Shown here one piece after another: positions 28,662 to 40,344 of a stretch of 64,000 nucleotides of DNA. Origin of the DNA: Azolla caroliniana. Its lineage: Eukaryota > Plantae > Polypodiophyta. The position numbers and the translations under genes were made by a program. A model generated the notes under the pieces. The model searched no databases, had not been told where the DNA came from, and saw nothing but the letters and a program-made list of their open reading frames with translations. Location of the stretch: the NCBI GenBank assembly GCA_043228905.1, contig JBHGNT010000011.1, positions 9,920,001 to 9,984,000 of the forward strand. The letters run 5' to 3'. Numbering within the stretch: position 1 is the first letter of the stretch; every line of letters begins with the position of its first letter.

Positions 28662-31600
28662 TTAAAACGATGAGTGTAACGAGTCGTTTTGGATTGAGGA
28701 CCCGGTTTGTCTTTGATGATGGAAGTCTTCAAGAAGAGCACGAGCATTGGTGACATTCTCTATCGGTTCCCAAGTACGCTTGTTGGGACTATATCCTAGC
28801 CAGTCGACTAGATGGTAGAGCTTGTTGCGAACAAGCTTGGAATCAAGGATGGCGGCAACCTTGTAGTCAGGTCCATCTTCAAGGTCGATCGGGGGTGGAG
28901 GCTGTGTAATACGTCCTGGGATGGTGCTTTCTTGATAGGGTTTGAGGAGAGAACTATGAAACACCGGATGTATCCGAAGTTGTGGAGGTAGATCAAGATG
29001 AAAAACGACATCATTAATCTTTCCGATAATACGGAAAGGACCTAATCGCCGATAATTCAACTTCTCGCATGGGCGAGTAGTCTTAATGTGTCGTCGGAGT
29101 AGCCATACCCGATCTCCAATGTTAAAACTAGATGGGAGTCGATGACGATCCGCATAAACCTTGTGTGTTTGTTGAGCTTGTTGGAGATGAGTAGATAAAT
29201 CCGCTTGTATCTTGCGTAACCTCTCCAAACGATCCTCTGCGCAAGGATTTGTGGACACCTCTGGGGTTTCAAGTACACACCACCGGGGGTGACATCCCGT
29301 ATAAGCATAAAATGGCGTAACTTTCGTGGATGCGTGGATAGAGTTGTTATAGGCAAATTCGGCGAAGTGGAGAATATCTGCCCAGTCATCCTAATGATAG
29401 CTGAGAAAGCACCGCAGATACTGCTCCAGCGTTTGATTGGTTCGTTCGGCTTGGCCGTCGGTTTGTGGGTGGTAGCCGGAGGAGAGGTTACAAGTGACCT
29501 TGAGCATGTTAAAAAGGTGCTTCCAAAATTTTGACACGAACTGGGGTCCACGGTCGCTGATGATACTATCAGGAAGTCCATAATGTCGACATACTTCACG
29601 CATGACAATTTCGGCAGTGTCTTCACTGGAGATCTCCTTAGTACATGGCAAGAAATGAGCCATCTTCGTATATCGATCGACCACTGTTAGAATCTCATTG
29701 AACCCCTTAGAGACTGGAAGATCTGTGATGAAGTCTAGAGCAATGGATTGCCACGACTTGCTTGGAATTGGTAATGGTTCTAATAAACCATATGGATGAT
29801 GCCTTGGCATTTTCGCTCTGCAGCATGTATCACAAGTCCGAACAAAATCCTTGACAAATTGTCGCATACAGGGCCACCAGAATGATCGTTGTACTAAATG
29901 TAGTGTTTTAGTACTACCAAAATGCCCAGCTGTATATGTGTCATGACAGTTTTGTACTACTTGAAGGCGGCAAGAACCATTAGGAACATACAAAAGTTCT
30001 TTAAAGAAGAGTAATCCATCATGGTATTTGAATTGCCGATAGTCTGTACCTGGTGGTTGCGACTGTGAACACGACGCTCGAGAGGGATCAATTTGTGCTA
30101 GTATAGCTTGGGCGAACACATTTGTCTTCAAGTCTTCGTGTATGGTATCGATAACGCGGGAATCCATGGGCATGCCAAAGATCTTTGTTGCTTGTAGTCG
30201 TGCCGGTCCCAAGATGATTTGTTTTTGGTTATCGAAAGCTGGCTCGCCGGGACGGGGTGCTAGGTACGAACGCCGTGATAATGCATCGGCCTTCCCTTGG
30301 TGCTTCCCCGGACGATATGTAATTTTGAAGTCGAAACGCGTGAAGAAGTGGGCCCACCGAGCTTGACGTCGATTCAACACACGAGCATCCTAAAAGTATG
30401 CAAGGTTCTTGTGGTCACTAAATACGGTGACCGGATGAGAGGATCCCTCTAGAAAATGCCTCCATTGCATAAAAGAATCCACTATTGCCAAGAGCTCCTT
30501 ATCATGAATTTCGTAGTTGATTTCGGCGGCGTCAAACTTGTGTGAGTGAAAAGCCACAGGATGTAGCTTCTCATCATTCCCCTATTGTGACAGAATGCTC
30601 CCTAATGCAAAATCCGATGCGTCAGCTTCGATAATAAATGGTTTTTCCGGATCGACATGAGCTAGAATTGGAGCCAATGTAAATGCCTTTTTAAGACTCT
30701 CGAAAGCCACGTCCGTTTCTTCAGACCAAATGAACAGTTGTCCCTTCCTGGTAAGTTGTGTGAGAGGTAGAACGATCTTTGAGTAATCTTGTATGAACTT
30801 CTGGTAAAAATTGGCAAAGCCTAGGAAGCATTGCACATCCCGCACCGAACGTGGAGTCTGCCATTCTACCACCGTTTTGACCTTAGCTAGGTCCATGGAG
30901 ATGCCTTCTGACGAAATGATGTAGCCGAGAAATTCCACTCGGTTGCACCCGAAACTACATTTTTCTAGCTTTGCATACAGACCATGTTCTCGAAGTCGTT
31001 TTAGTACTAATAGTACATGAGAATCATGTTCTTCTTGGGTCTTTGAATAAACCAGTAGATCATCCAAATAGATGATCAAACAATCATCCAATAGATCTCG
31101 GAATATATCATTAGCCATGTGCTGGAAGACTGCAGGTGCATTAGTGAGGCCGAACGGCATGACCGTATACTCGAAGTGCCCATATCTGGTGCGAAACGCG
31201 GTCTTCCATTCGTCTCCTGGTCGGATCCGTACGAGGTTATATGCTCCCCGTAAGTCGATCTTCTTGAAGAACCTGGCACCATTGATCCGTTCTAAAAGAC
31301 TTGAGATAAGGGGAAGAGCATACCTATTCCTGATTGTAACCTTATTCAGGCCACGGTAATCTACAACAAGACGAAGCGATCCATCCTTTTTCTTGACGAA
31401 GAAAATGGGCGCGCCGGCTGGAGATTTCGAATGCCGGATGAAACCATTTTCCAAATTCTCCTCTATATAGGCCCGAAGGACTTCCAGCTCAGTTGGTGAC
31501 AAATTGTAGATCGGTCCCCATGGCGGCTCTTTTCCCGGTTGTAAATCGATGGGGCAATCATACGGTCGATGATGAGGAAGTGTGTTGGCTTGTACTTTAT

Positions 31601-32195
31601 CGAACACATCGGCGTAATGACGATACTTCTCGGGAAGTTGAACGGTGGATCCTTCTTTAGTGGTGCTGGAGGGGTTTACTGATATTGCAAAGAGGAACAT
31701 TTCCTCCTTGTGCCCTTCTTTACGCAACTGACGTAGCGAAATGGTTGCCATCTTCTGAGTTGACCCTTGGGTTTGTCGACACCGGATTTCTCTTGTTCTC
31801 CAATCTATGTCTGGGTTATGTAACTCGAACCACGGTAATCCTAAAACTATGGGATGTTCTGGGATACTAATAATATTAAATGATACTACACATGCTAAGT
31901 TATCTAGGACAATATTAATGGGCTCTGACTCTTCTATGATATTTCCGGAAGCAATGGGACGTCCATCAATGACTACTACAGAGGCTGGACACTGGAGTTT
32001 TCTTAGGGATATCTTATGAGCTTGAGCAAATTTCTTATCCATAAAGCAAGAGTTAGCTCCGGAATCTAGGAGTGCTAGGACATGTACTGGAGGGGTACTT
32101 TTAGTACTAACTATTACTTGGGCTACGAACACATCACTAACTTGCTTAGAGGGAATGGAACCACTAATGGGCTGCACAAATCTAGGGCTGTCCAA
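28662..32195 (-). pseudogene. Gypsy pol (protease-RT-RNase H-integrase-chromodomain) with stops
   Basis: Motifs LLDSGA, YLDD, EADASD, HDTYTAGHFG...CDTC, SDRGPQF, GQAERTNQ, GPF, and a chromodomain YKVAAILDSK...YHLVDWLGY...TWEP. Confidence 0.95.
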
Positions 32196-32349
32196 CCAAA
32201 CGGCTCCTATTTTGGCTGGACTTAGTCGTTTAACTCTTCTTCTAACTGACTAAGGACATCAAATCTGTTCGCTAGATCTGGGCTATTAGTACTATTAGGA
32301 CTATAAGATATCCCTACTGAAATAGGCTCGGTTTTAGTACAATTAGAAC

Positions 32350-33373
32350 TAGCGACTATTTGGTTTACCTGTCTTCTTGGCCTATGGGGGCAATTTATTG
32401 CAATATGTCCTGGTCCACTGCAGTAAAGACATAGTCGATTTGTACGGTGTCGCTACTTTTCTTCTTCGGATAATGGCCCTCGACGACGTGTAGTGTCAAG
32501 CTCCATCGGAGTCGGAGTATTCGCTGGAGGCGCATTATATGACTCCCTCGGAAAAGGTCTTGCTACCACTGAGGCGTAGGTGGGCTCTGATCTTGCCCTT
32601 CGCATCTGTAGTTGTCGTTCTGAATGTCGCTCAAAGAGGCGGTTGTCACATCTCACTGCGCGATTGATTGCTTCTGTTAAGGACTTTGGCTCTTCGGGGA
32701 AGGTCAAGAGTAAATCCTTGACGTCGTTGCGTAAACCATAACGGAATTGCTCCATCAACGCTTGATCATCCCAAGGGATATCAGCGGCGAGTAGGCGAAA
32801 ATCTGCAGCATATGCGGAGGCTGGACGGTCACCTTGGCGTAATCGCCGAATTTTGTTGATTGCGGTCCTGATGCTGTCAGTATCTCCGAAACATGCTTTA
32901 AACTCACCTAGAAACTCTTCAAAATTGTTGAGTAACGGGGATTCCTTTTCTAATAGTGGAACAAACCATGCCAACGCTGAGCCACTTAACAAAGTGCCTA
33001 CTAAACCCACTCGTGATGCATCAGTGGGATACCGGGAAGGATGCATTTGAATAACTAATCATACCTGGTTAAGGAACCCTCTAAACTGCGATCGCGTTCC
33101 ATCGAACTTCGTGGGAAGGCCAATCTTGGGTTCTTTATGAATCCCTTGTGTTCCGGGCCCTTGTTGTTGCATCGCTACGATGGTTGCTTCGAGTTGTTGC
33201 ACGCGTAACGCAAGTTCCCCATGCTGTTGTTGCGTTTGTTGCTTTTCTAAGGAGATTTGCTGAAGATCCCCCATCAACCGTTGGTTTTCTTGTTCCAAAG
33301 CATGGAACTTCTCTTTCAAGCATTGAAATTCCGAGAAAACAGATTGATATTCTTCAGTGCTAACAGTGGCCAT
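32350..33373 (-). pseudogene. Gypsy gag with zinc knuckle; premature stops
   Basis: PTKFDGTRSQFRGFLNQ, LSGSALAWF, LRQG...YAADF and PMELD motifs, plus CLYC...GH...NC after the stop at 32453. Confidence 0.9.
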
Positions 33374-33549
33374 GGGATGAAAGAAAAGAGGAATAAGAGA
33401 TTAGTAGGAAATGAGAGAGACAGAAGGTAGGAAAATCGGTTTAAACTGTCAGGAACAGTACTAAGACAAAGAAGGAATTAGTACTAAAAGAAGTATTAGT
33501 ACTAAGAGAGGTGAAGAACTCTCGAGAGAAGGAAAGAGTGAGTGAGAGG

Positions 33550-33595
<46 letters not shown>

Positions 33596-36212
33596 TGATA
33601 AGAAAAGATATATATTATGTGAAGAAAATGTACAGTAGCTAGGAGGCTTAAGACTGACGTTAAACCGATTTGGTTTGAAATAATGCCTTGTGCCTCCTTT
33701 TATAGTGTTCTAAGGAATACTCCTGAAGTTTCTAGAATGTTCCAGAGAAATCTGGAATATACATCAATTTTCTATAATAAAACATAAATGAAAATAATAT
33801 TCTATGTATTACAATGTATAGTCTAATGGTCAAGAGCTCGACCCATGTAGTATAAGGTCATGGGTTCGAGTCTTGCCATATCATGACAAGTATCGCTTTA
33901 ATTCTCGCAACTTTGATTTTCCAATCATAGACATACAACCACGGGCACAACATATTTTTTTGACATCAAATCCAATCTGTTTATCTGATGTCACCAAGCT
34001 AAATCTAGCCAGACGAATTCTTCGTGGGATTCTTCTAATATGCATAGGGCTCCCAGATTTCTCTTCCTGCATAGAGGTTGGTGTAACCTTGTTACAATCT
34101 AATTCTTTGTTGTGACCATCGCCAATGTTATTTAATGTTTCCTTGGCACTACCTTCATTCTCCGTATCTTTATTAATATCGTATTCTTCAATAGAGAACT
34201 CTTCACATGTGTCATTATTTACATTCCCTGTAGATGACCTCAGACAATATTCTTCGATAGAATATGGTGAGTCTGTCGACAGACAATATTCTTCAATAGA
34301 ATATGGTGACTCTGTCGACAAACAATACTCTTCAGTAGAAAACGATGAGTCTGATGACAAACAATATTCTTCAATCGAGAACGGTGAATCTTCACTCATG
34401 GGTTAAGGTCTAGATAGGGCTCTGTAAGTTATGTGCTTCGGGTAAGGAAAAAAACTAATAAGCTCCTCTCTAAACATATACTCCTCTCTAAACATAAACT
34501 TCTCTCTAAACAAAAGCCAAATCAATAGAATGTCTATATTATGTAATATTATATTAATACAATACATAAAAAATTTATTTTTAATATAGTAATTGTATTT
34601 AAAATATCAATTATTATTTAAACTAGATCTATATGAAGTTAAATCAAGTAAAATATAAAACTAATCATTAACAAGCCATGAATATGTTGGATCAACAAGT
34701 GAAAACGAAGAGGAGGACAATAAGGGGACGCCAGGAGCTGAGCTGGCATCGAGTGTTTTGTTATCCGAGCAGAATAAGATAAGGAGAGAGTTAATGCAGC
34801 GTAAACTGGTCAGGAAAGGGCAAGTGTTTAATTTGCCTATAACACACATCCATCGGCCCCCTATTGATGAAAAAACAGGTCGACGACCACTTGAGATTAG
34901 AGAGCCACACCGCATGCATGTTCCAAATCTCAAGAAAAAAATGAAAATTAATCCTCATGCCACTGTGGTGCCTTTTATTGTTATGGTAGATCCTGAAGAA
35001 TGTGAAACCATTGAAGATTTTGATATTAGAAAGCACGATCAATATAATTACTTTGTCATTGGTGGATCGCATTCAGCGGAGGCAGTCGGCAATTTGTGAG
35101 AGAACATCCAATGACATTCTTCTTCAAGTATGCCAAGTGCAAAATTTATGTTGGGCTCACAATCGAAGAGGCTAAGCTGTTGGCATGGGACCATAATAAT
35201 GATAATGACTATAGGCAAAAAATGTCGTCCATTGAGCGTATACGGTTCTTCCACCACGAGTATTTGGACGTGAAACAAAAGTTTGGTGTGAAGTTACATC
35301 CAGGCCTACGATGTCAATGTTTGCATGAAGTCGGCATTGTTGTAGATGATAATGTTAAGTCCGATGGTCTTCGAAAATACGAGTCTTGGTTTCAATTGGC
35401 ATTTAGAGATGGAGAAATATGGGACCTACAAGATCAAATCTTCTCAATGTGGGAGAATAAGGAGGTAAAGGGTCAATGACAAAAGAAATGTAAGGTTGAC
35501 CCTCAACTAGAGTTAAAGTCACAAGCCGCTAAGAAAATTGACTTGACAATTGAAGAAGCCGCAGACGACATGAAGCTGTCTCTGTGGAGAGCGATGCAAG
35601 GTATTAAGGACGAGCAACTTCTTGTGTCTGTTTTGTCAAGGGTTGTGACGAAAGATTTAAGCCTTGAAGAAATGGTCACTGAGTTCAATAAGTAAGTCTT
35701 TCAAATACTGAAATTGTAGTCTATATGGTGTAATTCAAAGTTCTAATCTTGATTTCTAATTTTAAAGTCATAAGGTGTACATGAAGATCCAAGAAGTTAT
35801 GATGTAACATCTTGGATGTATAACTTGGGAACAAGTGACCGAGGATTATCCTCTAACATCTTCATATAAGGCGTTATCAGAGTATTTTATTGCATTCAAG
35901 GATTGGGTTAGTATTGATGGTTTTTCATTACCCTTTCATTATATTGTGGTGCCCCTTTCATGCAAGAGCATGCATTTGAACACACCACTCTTTTAGCCAC
36001 TCCCGTTTAGCACATCACCCATTTTAGCCCACCTTTTTAGCACACCATTTTGGGACACATGTAGCTAGACCGTCCCAAAATGGGTTCTTTGTATCTTCTA
36101 TATATTGAATGATAAGTATGAAGCTAGCTAGGCTGGTTTGGTTTCCTTTTATGTGCATTTCACATAATTGGTAGAGAAGCGGGCTCAAATTTTAGCCACT
36201 ACTACATTGTTC

Positions 36213-37181
36213 ATGGCATCCCAATTCCCTTCCGCTGCCTCCAACGTCGATACCCCGATGGAGCTTGAGTTCTCGCAACCTCACGCACGACCTCCCCCTT
36301 TCCAAATGGAGCAGCTCCTGGAACTCGTCTCCAACGCCATGCTTCAAATCAGCCATACGAATCAAGCTATGCTCTCCTTCCTCTCCGCTCACAACGACCG
36401 CGCGGAAGATCGTCCAGATTCCAAGGTGCGCCCGAAGTCCTTCTCCGGATTGCCTTTCGAGGATGTCTTAGCTTGGTTGGATCATTTTGAGATGATCTCG
36501 AGTTACCATCGATGGTCCGACGAGCGCAAAGCTTTGGAAGTTCGTACCCTGCTCGAAAACGTCGCCGCCACCTGGTACGTCCAACAATCAAGCGACGTGA
36601 CCGAGAATTGGGTGATCCTTCGGGATCTCCTCGTACAAAACTTCGCCCATCAAAATTCAGCCCAAATGGCGTTACAACAACTCGAAACATTGCAACAACA
36701 AGCACACGAACCCGCCGGCCAATTTGGTGTTCGCCTCAATCAACTCCTCATTCGCACTGACCCTACCATGCCCGAGCATGTGAAGCTTTTCTTCTTATGG
36801 CCTCGTCTGCGCCACGACATCACTCGCCACGCTCGGGACCAAGGTCCGCAGACATTCAACGAAGCCATCCTCATCACCCAACGAATCGAAGCTTGTACAT
36901 TATCTGACACCCAACCTCGTTGGCCCCATCCATCAGCCACCGACTCACGCGCCCAATACCAAGGCGCGGCCCCCATGGACATTGATGTCCAAAACATGCA
37001 ATTGCAAGCTCGCCGCAACCGTCCCGATCACGATAGCCAAGGGCGCCCGAGGTGTTTCTACTGCCACAATTATGGACACGTCCGACGTCAGTGCCGAAAA
37101 TTGTAACAACAATCTCACAAGCAAAAAGTCCAGATAACTATGGCTGACGTGGCATCATTGGCTGAGCTTCCGGGAAACTGA
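36213..37181 (+). pseudogene. Gypsy gag (PMDID, CCHC knuckle); premature TAA at 37104, natural stop after GGGAAAC
   Basis: ORF 36168-37106 has CFYCHNYGHVRRQC. The frame continues to CCG GGA AAC TGA. Confidence 0.9.
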
Positions 37182-37189
37182 CGTCCGGG

Positions 37190-40100
37190 GTGCTGATGGA
37201 AGAGCCAGCCCTCCACATCCAAGCGTCCGCCTCTTCTAGTTCGAGGGTATGCACCGCCCTCGCCACCATTAATCACTGCACCCACACCATCTTATTAGAC
37301 ACTGGTAGTAGTATATCTTCTATTAGCACCACTTTAGTACACCGGTTAGGTCTCCCCACATCCACTGCTCCTTCCATCCAAGTCCTTTTTGGCGATCACC
37401 AACATCTTTACCACTCTCACACACAAGCCCATTGCACCTTCACCTTCGGCACTATCACCTTCTCACATCACTTTTATGTCTTGCCCCACCAACTCTTCCC
37501 CCTCACCCTAGGTTGTGATTGGTTCCTCAAGCGCCGCACTGTGATTGATTTTGATGCCCACAAACTTCTTGTCCCACATGCTTCCCCTATCCCTCTTCTA
37601 CAAGATAGCTCCCCTAGCCCCCACCTTAGCCAAGTTCAGGTATCACTTAGTCCACAAGAGCGATTGGTCTCCATCCGCCAATTATTAGCCCGTTTTCCAT
37701 CACTAACCCTCCAACCCACACATGCTCCTACTGTCTCTTTCTCGGTACAACATGCCATTCGTACTGGGGAGGCCACTCCGATCCGCATGGCTACCCACCG
37801 ACGTTCCCCTCTCGACCACGATCGCATTGATGCGGCCGTCACCGACATGCTCACCAAAGGTATTATCGTTCCTTCCTCCAGCGATTGGGTTTCGGAACCC
37901 CACCTCGTCAAGAAGGATGATGGCACCTTCCGCTTTTGCATCGACTTTAGGCCTCTCAACAAAGTGACTATCCATGACCTCTACCTCCTCCCTCGCGTGG
38001 ACGACCTCTTGGATCAAATCGGTGGCTCCCGTTATTTCACCTCCCTGGACTTAGCCTCGGGATATTGGCAAATCCCCCTAAAACCTTCTGACGCCCACAA
38101 GACCGCATTCCGCACACGCCGCGGGCTATTCCAATTCACCCGCATGCCGTTCGGCCTGGCTGATGCCAGCAACACATTCCAACGCATGGCCAACTCCATT
38201 TTTGCTGCCCTTATCAACAAAGGTGTCCTCCTCGTTTATCTCGATGACATCCTTATCCACACGGCCACTTGGGAGGACCATCTACAAGCTCTCACCGAAG
38301 TCCTCGCTTGCATAACTAAGCATAACTTGCAGCTCCAATGGAAGAAGTGTCGATGGGGAAGCACCAGCCTCCGTTTTCTCGGCTTCATCATCTCTGGTGA
38401 CGGAATTCGTATGGACCTTGCAAAGGTAGCAGCCATCAACGACTACCCTCGCCCCACTTCAATCAAATCCTTGCAACGTTTTTTGGGCATGATCACCTTT
38501 TCCCTTCGCTTCATCCTAAACCTTGCCTCGGTCACTTTTCCCCTTCGCCAACTCTTGAAGAAAGGCGTGTCATTCAGTTGGGATCCTGCTTGTGAAGATA
38601 GCTTTCGTCGCCTTAAAACCATGGTCAAGGAATCGGGGTTGCTCGCCCATCCTAACTTTGACCAACCGTTCACGTTGTAGACAGACGCATCAAACCAGGG
38701 GTTAGGAGCCATCCTCTTGCAAGCCGATTGCCATGGGCAAGAGAATGCGGTCGCCTTCATTAGTCGGACTCTCACGCCGGCTGAATGCAACTACTCAACC
38801 ACTGAGAAGGAGCTACTTGCGATTGTCTTGTCTTTCCAGCGTTTTCATCCATACCTTCATGGTGGATAGGTTACGGTTGAGACTGACCACCAGCCCTTGC
38901 TTTCTCTTATCCATCGACCTCACCCCCCAGGCCGCTTGTTGAGATGGACGCTGGCACTTCAAGAGTATCAGTTTACCCTCTCCTATCGGAAAGGTGCAAC
39001 CAATTTGGTCGCTGATAGTCTCTCTCGCGCCGACTATCAGGCTGTCCAATTTCTCCCTGAGACATCCGATCTTCTGATACCATTGCCACAACTCGCTACG
39101 CTTCAACAACACGACCCCGCCATCCAACAGATAATCCATAAGTTGCGCTCCCTCCAACCGTTTCCCTCACAACGACGGTTCATGCTCCGCGATAACTTGG
39201 TATTCTTCATTCAAGCGCATCACGAGCCTTGTCTCTACATCCCTCATGCCCTACAACAAACGTATCTCCAATTTTATCACGACCACCCATTGTCGGGCCA
39301 CTTGGGTTTCCACAAGCTTCTTGAAAAATTACGTCTCAAGTATTACTGGCCCAACATGAGACACTCAGTCTCTACCTATATCAAACAATGCGCTTTGTGT
39401 CAACACATCAAACCTAGGGGCAAGCCAGCTGGAACACTCCAACCCATCACCGTCACGTCACCTTTCAAGCTGGTCGGATGGGATTTCATGGGACCTTTTC
39501 CCAAAACCTCTAGGGGCAACAGGTATATCCTTGTCATAACAGAATACCTCACACGATGGGCTGAAACTATTGCCATCCCCGACGTCACTGGCCAACAATT
39601 GCCTCCCAACTCTTGCAAAAGGTAATATTTCAACATGGTTGCCCTATCCAAATCTTATCTGATCAGGGCCGCCAGTTCCATGGGGATGTCCTCAATGCTG
39701 TGGCAACTCAACTAGGTGCCCAACAAGTGTTTACATCCCCTTACCATCCTCAAACAAATGGCCTCACTGAACGCCTCAACAAGACCCTCAAGCAAGAAAT
39801 TGCCGCTTACATCGATCCATGCCACAAAACCTGGGATCAAATCTTGCCTTTTGTCACCCATGCCTACAATACATCCGTACAAGCGTCGACACGGATCAGC
39901 CCTTTTCGAGCACTCTATGGACGCGACCCGCGGCTCCCACCAGAAACGTCCATTGACATCTGTTTGAAACCTACCAACATGGATAGTGCTACTTGGGGGC
40001 TTTATCTCCAACAAATGCTCCCCCTCCTTCGACAAGCCAACTCCTGAAATCTACAAGTCGCACAACAACGTCAAAAGCGACACTACGACGTGGGTCGAAT

Positions 40101-40344
40101 CACCCCAACGTATGCTGATGGAACCAAAGTCCTTGTTTACTTCCCGATCTGGCGGCGTGGTCTTAGTGAATCCCTCATGCACCGGTGGATCGGCCCATTC
40201 ACCGTAATTCGTGCCATCAAGTCCACGACTTACTTACTCCAACGTGATTCCAACGGTCGATTCACCTCAGCCCATGTTGCCCGTATCAAGCCATATGCTA
40301 CCCCAAGCCTGTCTTCTAACACCCCTCCTTCTCTCATAGCGTAA
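37190..40344 (+). pseudogene. Gypsy pol (protease-RT-RNase H-integrase), no chromodomain; disrupted
   Basis: Motifs LLDTGS, YLDD, TDAS, HDHPLSGHLG...CALC, SDQGRQF, GLTERLN and WIGPF. Confidence 0.93.

Larger units (their letters stand above)
28231..33888 (-). mobile_element. Full-length Ty3/Gypsy chromovirus (Tcn1/Tf1-like), inserted in the transposase gene
   Basis: LTRs at 28231-28650 and 33447-33888 (TG...CA, about 1% divergent by eye), 5-bp TSD AGTAT, and a PPT at ~28651-28665. It encodes gag, protease, RT, RNase H, integrase and a chromodomain. Confidence 0.97.
25956..34399 (-). pseudogene. Sola/DUF7869-like DDD transposase, ~926 codons when reconstructed (34399-33889 joined to 28225-25956), with two in-frame stops and a Gypsy insertion
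   Basis: Removing the Gypsy element and one AGTAT TSD gives ...KLRELKRYYF*MTGDEQ in frame. ...TSW*DVFYS... continues in frame into ORF 25956-26636. Core motifs are CLMIDGMDQ, YIQLDNTARENKN and FLLVGHTHDHIDQMFS. Cys clusters lie N-terminal to the core. Confidence 0.85.
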
